A DNA stretch of 42,941 bases from Planctomycetales bacterium. Lineage in GTDB: Bacteria; Planctomycetota; Phycisphaerae; SM23-33. Every line of letters starts with the position of its first letter. The first letter of the stretch is position 1. The stretch is from positions 1-42,941 of the forward strand of contig JAUVIQ010000003.1 in the NCBI GenBank assembly GCA_030592655.1. The letters are read 5' to 3'. The notes under the pieces are model-generated. The model saw only the letters and a list, made by a program, of their open reading frames with translations, searched no databases and was not told where the DNA came from. Both the position numbers and the translations under genes were made by a program. This document shows, piece after piece, positions 1 to 14,760 of this stretch.

Positions 1-114
1 GCCGCGAACTGTCTTGTTTTTTAGGAATCAGACATTTTCCCGCACGGGCGAGATGTTTTTGCTGCCGCTGAATCCCTTTGAGCAACAGCCCCGCGCGCAA
101 ACGTGGACGAAAAA

Positions 115-199
115 CGTAAAATTGGGGACACCATACTATTTTTGTCTTTCTGGGATAATCCCAGAAAGACAAAAATAGTATGGTGTCCCCAATTTTACG
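115..199. repeat. Perfect 85-bp palindrome (42-bp arms, 1-nt centre), REP/MITE-like
   Basis: CGTAAAATTGGGGACACCATACTATTTTTGTCTTTCTGGGAT (115-156) is the exact reverse complement of 158-199. Confidence 0.9.
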
Positions 200-200
200 A

Positions 201-228
201 GAACTTTTCGGTCCTTTCTGCGTCTATT
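201..228 (+). promoter_or_regulatory. Putative ECF sigma-factor promoter for the alpha-2-macroglobulin gene
   Basis: GAACTTTT-N12-CGTCTATT fits the ECF GAACT-N16-GTCTA pattern. The same motif recurs at 42071-42098 on the minus strand. Confidence 0.6.
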
Positions 229-292
229 ATATGGAGGGAGTCGGCGGCCAGGGGCCGCTGGGTGAATATCCGCCTTATCCGAAAGGGAAAAA

Positions 293-6465
<6,173 letters not shown>

Positions 6466-6466
<1 letters not shown>

Positions 6467-6482
6467 CCGCGACCACGCCACC
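6466..6482 (+). repeat. ACCGCGACCACGCC-family short repeat, copy 1
   Basis: Same core at 8003-8020 (inverted), 33314-33334 and 42197-42217. Confidence 0.6.
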
Positions 6483-6525
6483 AGGGCCGCCTTTATTGTT
6501 GTAAAGAGAATATTGAATATTGAAT

Positions 6526-7853
6526 CAGTACTGTCCGGTTAAAGATTTTAGAATTTCAGTTAAGACTATTACAAATAAAAGGATATAGCAAATTTTGATC
6601 GCAATCGACTTGAAATCCACCGTAAGTTTTGGCCATGCATCCTTTGTCTTGATGCGGAAAGGACGGGCCAATGTACACGGGGCGAATCGTATTCACCCAA
6701 CTGATGGACTTCATGCCCATCTGGGATTTCAGGCGTTGCGTCAAAAGGTATCGTGGCAACCATCGTGCGAGAACTTTTACCTGTCTCGATCAATTTCTCT
6801 GCATGGCCTTCGCTCAATTGACGTACCGCGAGAGCCTGAGAGACATCGAAACTTGTCTCCGCGCCATGCAGCCCAAACTCTACCATGCGGGAATCCGGGC
6901 AAAGGTATCGCGAAGCACGCTCGCCGACGCAAACGAAAAACGAGACTGGCGCATTTATGCCAACTTCGCGCAGGTTCTTATTCGCATTGCCAGAAGATTG
7001 TATGCCGGAGACGACTTCGGCGTGAACCTGGAGCAAACGGCGTATGCGTTCGATTCGACGACCATCGACCTGTGCCTGACGTTGTTCCCGTGGGCGCAAT
7101 TCCGAAAGCGAAAGAGCGCGGTCAAACTCCACACGCTTATCGACCTGCGAGGGAATATCCCTTGTTTTATCAGCATTACAAGCGGCAAAACGACCGACAA
7201 CATGATCCTGGACGAACTGGTCCTGGAGCCAGGTGCGTTCTACATCATGGACAGGGGATACATCGACTTCGCCCGGCTCCGCAGATTCGATACCAACGCA
7301 GCATATTTTGTGGTTCGCTCCAGGAGCAAACTGACTCATCGCCGACAATCTTCTCGACGCGTGGACAAATCGACCGGTTTGCGAAGCGACCAGACCATCG
7401 TCCTTACCGGCCCGTTGACATCGCAGAGGTATCCTGCTCGGCTTCGCCGAGTCAGTTACTTCGATGTTGGGATGGACAAGCGATTGGTTTTTCTGACGAA
7501 CAACTTCACGCTGCCGGCCCTGACCGTTGCGCAGCTCTACAAATGTCGCTGGCAGGTGGAGCTGTTTTTCAAATGGATCAAGCATTATCTTCGGATCAAG
7601 GCGTTCTATGGCACGTCGCTCAATGCCGTGAAGACACAAATTTGGATTGCGATCAGTGTTTATGTGCTGGTAGCCATCCTGAAGAAGGAGTTGCGAATTG
7701 ATCGTAGTTTGGGCGAAATCCTGCAAATTATCAGCATTACACTTTTTGAGAAAGTCCCTATAGGACAAGTACTTACGAGTTTTGATCTTCAAAACGGAAT
7801 ACATGGTTCTTGTAACCAATTGAAACTATTCAACTTATAACCGGACAGTACTG
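6526..7853 (+). mobile_element. IS4-family insertion sequence, 1328 bp, complete
   Basis: 16-bp perfect terminal inverted repeats CAGTACTGTCCGGTTA (6526-6541 / 7838-7853). 9-bp direct repeat ATATTGAAT at 6517-6525 and 7854-7862. Encloses a DDE transposase. Confidence 0.95.
6671..7840 (+). CDS. IS4-family DDE transposase (N-terminal DUF4372-like region)
   Basis: FDSTTID, MDRGY and the YREK-type signature YKCRWQVELFFKWIK. The stop codon lies inside the right TIR. Confidence 0.95.
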   Translation: MYTGRIVFTQLMDFMPIWDFRRCVKRYRGNHRARTFTCLDQFLCMAFAQLTYRESLRDIETCLRAMQPKLYHAGIRAKVSRSTLADANEKRDWRIYANFAQVLIRIARRLYAGDDFGVNLEQTAYAFDSTTIDLCLTLFPWAQFRKRKSAVKLHTLIDLRGNIPCFISITSGKTTDNMILDELVLEPGAFYIMDRGYIDFARLRRFDTNAAYFVVRSRSKLTHRRQSSRRVDKSTGLRSDQTIVLTGPLTSQRYPARLRRVSYFDVGMDKRLVFLTNNFTLPALTVAQLYKCRWQVELFFKWIKHYLRIKAFYGTSLNAVKTQIWIAISVYVLVAILKKELRIDRSLGEILQIISITLFEKVPIGQVLTSFDLQNGIHGSCNQLKLFNL

Positions 7854-8002
7854 ATATTGAATAGAGAATGTTGAATTTCGAAGTAAAAAGAAAAAAAGAC
7901 TCTGAATCCACGTTTTGGGTGTTATTCATCTTCTTTTTCTTCTTTTTACTTCGAAATTCAAAATTCTTTGTTCAATATTCATTATTCAAAAAAAAGGCAG
8001 GC

Positions 8003-8020
8003 GGCGTGGTCGCGGTGTTT
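8003..8020 (-). repeat. ACCGCGACCACGCC-family short repeat, copy 2 (inverted relative to copy 1)
   Basis: GGCGTGGTCGCGGTGTTT is the reverse complement of AAACACCGCGACCACGCC. Confidence 0.6.
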
Positions 8021-8063
8021 GGGCAACAGGCCCTGATTGGCGGTGGTATAACTCGGATAAAAT

Positions 8064-8966
8064 TCACGCCGGCGGGTACGCCATCGTCTTTCGGCGATCC
8101 TCGTATATCTGCCAGAAGAGAATCCACGGATCGAGCAGGATATCCTCCCCATCGTCCGTATCGGGCTCGCGGACCTTGAACATGAAGTGGCTGTGTTCGT
8201 AACTGCCGATGTGTATTCCTGCGCCCTCGGCATAGTGCGTGCCCGCGGGAAACGGCTGACCCTCAGGCACAAGCAGGCGGATGAGGTGGCTTACCTGGAT
8301 AGTCCAGACAGAACCGTCAGGCCAGCGATGGCGCCCACGCCAGCGATTGTTGTTGTCGCCCGCATTCAGGCTGTTGAACAGATGATGGTCGTCAATGTCG
8401 ATTGGCGACCAAATGGGCGTGCCGGCGGGGTGGTTGATGTCCAGGCCGCCGTGGGCTTCAGCCCCGAAGTAAGGACCCATCCAACAGTCTCCACCATCGT
8501 AACAGTCCTCGATGCGAAGCCGGTGTTCCGGCAACGGGCACCATGCGTGCAACAGTACCGGGCAGATACGGCGCTGCGCGTCCTGCAGTGCGAATCGGGC
8601 TTGTTTGTGGGGTTTGCATTCGCCGTGCACTTCGATCAGGTAATCGAACAGATCAGCCGAAGCGTCAAACCAAATCCGCATACCGAACAGTTCCCATGGC
8701 TGGTAGAAACTGCGCTGGTTTCCGACCCAGCGAGACAATTGTATCCGGTGGCCTTCGATTCGCAGTTGGCAATGGAAGCGGCATACTGTTCTGCCGCCGA
8801 ATTCGGGTACGCCCACCTGCTTCAGAGTCGTTTCGTGCAGCTCCGCCCAGGTCCTCTCCAACACGACGGATCGCTTACTACCATCGGACAGAGTGAACAC
8901 CAGTTCGTCACCGACGTCGAGTTCAACGGCAGTTAGAGTTTCACGAGCGGTCTTTTTGACGATCAT
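8064..8966 (-). CDS. Hypothetical protein with C-terminal M23/LytM-like zinc-peptidase motifs
   Basis: HGGLDI (HxxxD), GTPIWSP and HSH (HxH) in M23 order. RBS GGAG upstream. No evident signal peptide. Confidence 0.55.
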   Translation of the reverse strand: MIVKKTARETLTAVELDVGDELVFTLSDGSKRSVVLERTWAELHETTLKQVGVPEFGGRTVCRFHCQLRIEGHRIQLSRWVGNQRSFYQPWELFGMRIWFDASADLFDYLIEVHGECKPHKQARFALQDAQRRICPVLLHAWCPLPEHRLRIEDCYDGGDCWMGPYFGAEAHGGLDINHPAGTPIWSPIDIDDHHLFNSLNAGDNNNRWRGRHRWPDGSVWTIQVSHLIRLLVPEGQPFPAGTHYAEGAGIHIGSYEHSHFMFKVREPDTDDGEDILLDPWILFWQIYEDRRKTMAYPPA

Positions 8967-9210
8967 AGGTACTCTCCGAAATTACGAAGCATTGGCTCGG
9001 CAGGATACTGCAATAGCAGAATACTCGCAAGGATGACTCTCACAAGCAGTCGGTATTGTCGCAGGGGAAAACTTTCGATCCGTAGGACTATCGGGGAACG
9101 AATGGGAACCAAGCGGGATTACCCGCTATTTTTCTTCCACGATGTCCGGACCTTATTCGGTAAAATACACCGCTCAAACATTATTGCAAGCCGCTTAGTT
9201 ACCGAAATTC

Positions 9211-11064
9211 CTACAAACTCCTGGAAGCCTCCTTTGTGTTTCCATATGCGCCCATGTTCAAACGTCCGCCGTTCGGGGCCGGCTCTTTTGAGAAATCAAC
9301 CTTCGGGTCGCCCGCGTCGATGCAGGGACTGCTTGCAGAATCCTTTACCCATTTCTTTGCCTTTGGATCCCACCGACCGGCCTTGCTTTTCAGGTGGAAA
9401 TTGCCGTTTGCGGGATCGGCAAAGATCGGCCTAACCGATATGTCCCCTGCCCCCGGAGAAACGCTGTTATAATTGCCCTTGGCGTTGTTGAAGACGTTAT
9501 TGTAGTTGGAGGAACCTTTGTCGAAATCCAGCCCGTAACCCTTGTTGTTGGCAATTATGTTGTTCCGCACGTGAAAGGTATAGACTGCCGTCCACTTCTT
9601 GGCTCGCTCAATGGCGATTCCGCCTTTGCCGCAATTGTAGATCACGTTATTGATTATCGTGGCGTCGCCGCGGCGCCATTCTGTCATTCCATATCCATAC
9701 TCAGTGCCGTAAATACCGTAGCCGGGACAATTATAAACAACATTGTTTCTGATCCGGACATTTTTCCAATGCTTCTGCTGCCTGAGGCCGATGCCGTTGA
9801 TCTTTGCCCCCGTTACGATATTGTTTTCTATACGAACGTTGCATGAGCCGCATCCGCGCATCCATATTCCCGACTGGGAGCCTTTGCAGATATTATTGAA
9901 AACATGAGCGCCACTCGACTCGATCTGTATGTTTCCATTCACGCCGGTGTTATCCAGATAGTTGTGGTGGATAGAAACGTTGTTATTTCCTGCTTCGAAG
10001 ATCAGTCCCCAGGACGAACGGTAGCGACCGGTCAGTGTGTTGTAAGCGGCCACCGCGTTCCTGGCGCAAATGGACGTTATACGGGAGTGTTGAATGGTAT
10101 TACCTATTATTCTCATTCCTTCACTCCTGGTCATATATGACCTGGCGCGACTATCCCGGATACCGTTTGTAGTAATAAAATGGCCGGCGAAAGAGAGATC
10201 CTTAAGACCTTCAATTGTCAGGTTGTTCACCTGGCAGGGGTGGAACAGGTTGCCGCGATGTTTCGTGTAGGTGCTGGTGATCTTGAATCCTTTGAAGGTT
10301 ATGTTTTCAAGAGGGGGATGCCCTTCCCACTTCTCGTTCATACTGAACAGGGCAGGAGCACTGAAGTATCTCTGCCCCTTCGGTATCAGGTCGGTGAACT
10401 CGGTTGAATCCAGAAGTCTTATCTCGGAGTCATGCGTGCCCCATAATGTAACGTTGCTCTTGTTGATAAATATCGCTTTTTTGACCTCATGCACGCCCGT
10501 GGCGAGTTCGACAATTCCGCCTTCAGAAGGGACCGCGTCTATCGCCTTCTGAATTGATTCGCCGGGTTTGACCTTTTTGACGAAGGTCGAGACGATCCAT
10601 TCCTTTCGGCATTGCGGCGGATAGTAGCCGTCCTTTATCGTTTCGGGAATTTCTCTGCGATCCTTGTCTGTAATCCATTTTTTCGCCTTCCTGTCCCATC
10701 GGCCCCAGGGAAACTTCCTGAAATCTTCAACCAGTCCGGCGACGTACCGCTCCTGAGACTTATTGGTCGATATGACCTGTATTTTCCACAGCCCCTTCTT
10801 GCCGGGAACGGTCCAGGTGAATGAGGCGCCTCCAGCCTGCGGTTTGGCTTCTCTATTCACCTGCCAGAGGTATTTGGCCGCACCTTCAGCCTTGACGCTG
10901 AAAGTAATCTTTTCTCCCGGCTTGACCTGAAATGCGGTCCCGGAGTCGCCGGTTTTGCTGTTGGACCAGGAGATGATTTTAGGTGGTTCTGCGCCTTTGG
11001 CTAAAGAATTCAAAGACACACAGCAGATCATCGCCATACTTGTCATCATCATTTTTCCAGACAT
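9211..11064 (-). CDS. Secreted right-handed parallel beta-helix (pectin-lyase-like) protein
   Basis: Start moved to MSGKMMM (AGGA upstream). Signal peptide; SIQKAIDAVPSEGGIVEL beta-helix cap; Asn-rich IxNNxIY repeats; C-terminal FHLKS...SPCIDAGDP...MGAYGNT motif. Confidence 0.8.
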   Translation of the reverse strand: MSGKMMMTSMAMICCVSLNSLAKGAEPPKIISWSNSKTGDSGTAFQVKPGEKITFSVKAEGAAKYLWQVNREAKPQAGGASFTWTVPGKKGLWKIQVISTNKSQERYVAGLVEDFRKFPWGRWDRKAKKWITDKDRREIPETIKDGYYPPQCRKEWIVSTFVKKVKPGESIQKAIDAVPSEGGIVELATGVHEVKKAIFINKSNVTLWGTHDSEIRLLDSTEFTDLIPKGQRYFSAPALFSMNEKWEGHPPLENITFKGFKITSTYTKHRGNLFHPCQVNNLTIEGLKDLSFAGHFITTNGIRDSRARSYMTRSEGMRIIGNTIQHSRITSICARNAVAAYNTLTGRYRSSWGLIFEAGNNNVSIHHNYLDNTGVNGNIQIESSGAHVFNNICKGSQSGIWMRGCGSCNVRIENNIVTGAKINGIGLRQQKHWKNVRIRNNVVYNCPGYGIYGTEYGYGMTEWRRGDATIINNVIYNCGKGGIAIERAKKWTAVYTFHVRNNIIANNKGYGLDFDKGSSNYNNVFNNAKGNYNSVSPGAGDISVRPIFADPANGNFHLKSKAGRWDPKAKKWVKDSASSPCIDAGDPKVDFSKEPAPNGGRLNMGAYGNTKEASRSL

Positions 11065-11137
11065 TTCCTGGTTCCTCTTACTTGATTTCCTGCTTATCTG
11101 TTTATCCTGACGACCCATACCATATTCCCATAAGCGT

Positions 11138-14100
11138 TTATTTGCCGAACGCGTACAGATACCCATCCGCCGAGCCGATATAGACAGTTCCGTCTGCACC
11201 AATGGCCGGTGATGATACCACCGAACCGCCCGTCAGGTATTTCCAGAGCAGTTTACCCTTCGGGCTGAGGCAATAGACATAGTAGTCGTGCGAACCGAAG
11301 TATATCTTTCCTTCAGCGTCAATCGCAGCGGAAGAATGGATACAATCGCCGGCCTTGAATTTCCACTTCTCTTTGCCGTCTTTGTCCAAAGCGTAAAAAT
11401 AACCGTCACGCGAGCCGAAATAAACTGTTCCATCCTTCCCAATGGCGGGTGAAGAAGCTACCTCATCTCCGACCTGGAAAGACCATTTCAAGTTCCCGTC
11501 AAAACCGATGGCGAACATGTGTCCGGTTATTCCCTTACTTACAGCGGGATGCCCGCCCTGCTGGCAGCCTATATAGACGGTCTTGTCCTGAACCGATATG
11601 GCTGGGGAAGATAAAGTCCTGCCCTTGGCTTTACAGGTCCACTTTACCGTCCCGTCGGGCTTGATGGCGTGGAGTCCGCTGAAGTTTCCGCTGCCGCCGA
11701 CATAGATAGTCCCGTCGGGAGCAATTGCCGGCGAAGAGACGTGAGCGCCATGCCAGAGCCAGCGGAGTCCCACCTTGATTGGGCACTGCCATTTCACCTT
11801 CCCGTCCGGTAACATCGCGTACATGCGATACTCCGAGCCGCCTTTGCCTTCTTTAGTTTGGCGGCAGGTCGAAACGAAGTAAGTCGTATTATCAGGACCC
11901 GGAATGGTATAACACTGGTTCATGCCGTACGACGGGTACCCGTATTCCCACTTCTGTTTTCCCTCCGGGCTGACGGCCAGAAGGGTTCTGCGCCTGCTTC
12001 TATAAACCACTCCGGCATAGATTGTCCCGTCAAGGCCGACGGACGGGGCAAGCGCATTTTTGTAGAACCATTTACGGGTGCCGTCGGGGTTTATCGCGTG
12101 GATGCCGCTGTCCGGCACACTGGGGGTGATATAGATTGTTCCATCCGGTCCAATCACCGGAGAATATCCTATTATCTGACCACCGGTCTTGTACCGCCAG
12201 AGCACGTGGGGCTTCGAAGGTCCGACGTAGGGGCTTCTGCCTGTATGGGCATAGTCGGGACCGCGAAAACAAGGCCAGGGGCTTTTGTCGGTCTTGACCG
12301 GCGGACGAGCCTTCCTTCCCGGCTCGGCGGGTATGGCAACATGATCTACCGTTACCTTGATTGTCCGGGTCGGTTTGTCGGGGTCTTTGCGATACCAGTC
12401 CGGCCCGGGGTTTATCCCCTTGACCTCGCCATAGCGACCATCGGGTACAGCCACCTGCACTTTGTAGGTGAAATCCTGCCGACCATTCTCGTCCTGAACG
12501 AAATCGGTCAGCACAAGGGTATTGGCCTTGTCGTCGGGCAGGGCCGAGTGGCCGTTGCCGGCCACCGCCAGGTGCGTTCGCATATCGTTAACGTCAAGCC
12601 AGTTCTTGATCCATCCGTTATGAGTAACCATCTCGGATACCCAGTAGCGCTTTTCGAGAAGGTTCTCTGCCGGACGTCTCACATTGTCCACTTCATTGAC
12701 CACCCGCATCCTGCATCCGGACACCGGCTTACCTGCCTTATCGACGACGAGGACGTCCAGGTAATACTTGGGAATGACCCACGCTTTACCGCTTTGGACT
12801 TTCAGTTCCTTGAACTTGCAGTTAACCAGACTGACCGTGCAGCCCAACTGCTCGGACTCGTAGGGATAGATAATCCGCCAGTCCCTGAAGCGGTAGCCTC
12901 GCCTGGCTACGATATTGTCAAGACGGCAGTTCGAGATGGTTACCTTATGCAAATCGTCGCCGCCGATGAAGGTCATGTCTATCGGCTTGTCTTTACCGCC
13001 AATGGTGCAGTCTTCTATTCTGAAATCGACCAGTTCCTTACGGTTGTAGAACCACATGCCTTTTTTGCCTTTTCCCTGCTTTCTTTTCTTGTTGTTGTAG
13101 TAACCGCGTGCGCATTTCCAGTAGTTTCCGGCATCGACTTCCACCATATTCACAAATTTGCACCGTTTCAGGACCAGTTCGCCCGGAGTGTCGGGAAAGA
13201 AGTTCCCGCAATTGGATATGGTTGAATCGGTGGCCAGGAACCTGCCTGAGAACGTGTATGCCTCATATCCGCTCCAGTCCTTGTACATTTCCCACCTGGA
13301 CGCGGACGTAAAGGCCCAGAGATAATAAAACTCGTTGTCCGAAGTGATTGTGGCCTTGTTCAGGCGAATAATCGAGCCGTTCTTGACTCGAATCTGGTGC
13401 TCGCCGTCCTTGTTGCAGTGCATCTTAAGTGTTTCGCCGTCGATGATGAGTTCAGACGCCGGATCGACGACAAGGTCGGTATAGCATGTGGCTGTCCTGG
13501 TGGCCTGGTCATAGCGAAAGACTTTCGGGTCGCCTATGGCTTCGGCGATATCCTTCAAGGTAGCGCCGTGTCCGGTTATGACAATGCCCGTCCTTTTCAC
13601 CTCATGGTCGGGCTTGTTCTTCTCCCCGTCGCCCCAATCATCCCTGTACTGGCCGAGGCGTATTGTCTTTTTCGGCCAGACGGGATAGTCATAAACCTGG
13701 ATACCGTCGAGCAATGGCCCGTAGAGTTGCAGGGAACTGATTTCCTTCAGCGTGTTTTCGTTGGCCACGCTGTCGAACCAGAATTCCACGCCGTTCCAGA
13801 TATAGAACCATCCTTCCTTTGTGCGGATTATCCTTATCTGGCGCCACTTGTCGGTGCGCTCGTTCATATTGGCGCAGCATTCTCCCATTGACCGACATCC
13901 AAAACAGTGCTGCCCGACAGGGCCGTACTTCGAAGGTATTTCCCGAAAGTCAAACCCTTCGTCATTGGCCGTCTTGTGGTAAATGTAATGGGGCTCGCCG
14001 TGCGAGATACGCCAGCCGAACCACCCCCTCTTCCTCCTGCCTTCGGCTTTGGGTCTTAACTTGCGCTGGAATATCCAGGTGCCGTAGGCGTTCTTGGAAG

Positions 14101-14641
14101 GTATTGTAATTCGGCCTACGCCTCGGCTGTAGGCATGGGCTGTACAGTCGGGATGCTCTATCTTCTTTTGCTTCGCATCCTTCTTGTAGTCCCACTTTGG
14201 CAACGGCCTGTCCCAGGGGTCTTTCTGCGACCTGTCGGGATAGAAATAGTCGAAGATGACGGGGGCTTCGGATTTAGCAAGCGTCGAGACGACCCATTCC
14301 TGGTGCGCCTTGCCGTCTTTATTGGAAACCTCCAGGTGAATTTCCCAGATGCCCTTCTCTTGGGGCACAGTCCAGCCGAAGGTGTCGGTCTTTGCATCCT
14401 GGACTATCTTGTCAACCCGCCATTCGTATCCCTGCGAACCTTCAGCCTTTACCTTAAAAACGATCTTGTCGCCCGGTTTTGCCAGGTACATTACGTCCCT
14501 GGCGTTATCTTTATTTCGGGGTTTGCCTCCCTCGGAAGAGAATTCTTTTATCACCGGAGGGGCTGCGTGAACGAGACTGCCCGTAATCAACCACGTCAAT
14601 GTAACCAAGCATGACAGCGTTACTAATCTAACCTTTTTCAT
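11138..14641 (-). CDS. Secreted multidomain protein with C-terminal PQQ/BamB-like beta-propeller, 1167 aa
   Basis: Signal peptide; WPCFRG..HTGRS; repeated SSPAIGxDGTVYxGSxDGYxYA...GxxKW blades. Paralog of 14758-18201. Confidence 0.85.
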   Translation of the reverse strand: MKKVRLVTLSCLVTLTWLITGSLVHAAPPVIKEFSSEGGKPRNKDNARDVMYLAKPGDKIVFKVKAEGSQGYEWRVDKIVQDAKTDTFGWTVPQEKGIWEIHLEVSNKDGKAHQEWVVSTLAKSEAPVIFDYFYPDRSQKDPWDRPLPKWDYKKDAKQKKIEHPDCTAHAYSRGVGRITIPSKNAYGTWIFQRKLRPKAEGRRKRGWFGWRISHGEPHYIYHKTANDEGFDFREIPSKYGPVGQHCFGCRSMGECCANMNERTDKWRQIRIIRTKEGWFYIWNGVEFWFDSVANENTLKEISSLQLYGPLLDGIQVYDYPVWPKKTIRLGQYRDDWGDGEKNKPDHEVKRTGIVITGHGATLKDIAEAIGDPKVFRYDQATRTATCYTDLVVDPASELIIDGETLKMHCNKDGEHQIRVKNGSIIRLNKATITSDNEFYYLWAFTSASRWEMYKDWSGYEAYTFSGRFLATDSTISNCGNFFPDTPGELVLKRCKFVNMVEVDAGNYWKCARGYYNNKKRKQGKGKKGMWFYNRKELVDFRIEDCTIGGKDKPIDMTFIGGDDLHKVTISNCRLDNIVARRGYRFRDWRIIYPYESEQLGCTVSLVNCKFKELKVQSGKAWVIPKYYLDVLVVDKAGKPVSGCRMRVVNEVDNVRRPAENLLEKRYWVSEMVTHNGWIKNWLDVNDMRTHLAVAGNGHSALPDDKANTLVLTDFVQDENGRQDFTYKVQVAVPDGRYGEVKGINPGPDWYRKDPDKPTRTIKVTVDHVAIPAEPGRKARPPVKTDKSPWPCFRGPDYAHTGRSPYVGPSKPHVLWRYKTGGQIIGYSPVIGPDGTIYITPSVPDSGIHAINPDGTRKWFYKNALAPSVGLDGTIYAGVVYRSRRRTLLAVSPEGKQKWEYGYPSYGMNQCYTIPGPDNTTYFVSTCRQTKEGKGGSEYRMYAMLPDGKVKWQCPIKVGLRWLWHGAHVSSPAIAPDGTIYVGGSGNFSGLHAIKPDGTVKWTCKAKGRTLSSPAISVQDKTVYIGCQQGGHPAVSKGITGHMFAIGFDGNLKWSFQVGDEVASSPAIGKDGTVYFGSRDGYFYALDKDGKEKWKFKAGDCIHSSAAIDAEGKIYFGSHDYYVYCLSPKGKLLWKYLTGGSVVSSPAIGADGTVYIGSADGYLYAFGK

Positions 14642-14693
14642 TCTTTTTTCTCCTTGTAAGTTTTTTGAAGTAAAAAGTATTTTTTCTCAATTA

Positions 14694-14760
14694 CCTGTAA
14701 CTCATTCTGACCGCCGAGGTTTCGATTTTGATGCCGACTCCGTATTTCCATAAGCACCTA
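14694..14760 (-). pseudogene. Relic 3' end of a beta-helix gene (GAYGNTESASKSKPRRSE*)
   Basis: 63/67 nt identical to 18213-18279. The four differences are all synonymous in the beta-helix reading frame. Confidence 0.8.

Larger units (their letters stand above)
6508..7987. repeat. AATATTG-based hairpin element split by the IS4 insertion (pieces 6508-6525 and 7854-7987)
   Basis: Removing the IS and one TSD restores GAATATTGAATATTGAATAGAGAATGTTGAATTTCGAAGTAAAAAG ... CTTTTTACTTCGAAATTCAAAATTCTTTGTTCAATATTCATTATTC. An intact sibling lies at 22634-22749. Confidence 0.8.

Noticed and set aside
6569-7819. 416-aa antisense ORF and 368-aa alternative-frame ORF over the transposase
   Set aside because: Fully overlap a clear IS4 transposase and carry no recognisable motifs; treated as shadow ORFs.
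7868-8179. ORFs spanning hairpin repeats (also 22499-22684, 23437-23703, 27375-27676, 40824-41105)
   Set aside because: Low-complexity translations of the repeat elements, with no coding signal.
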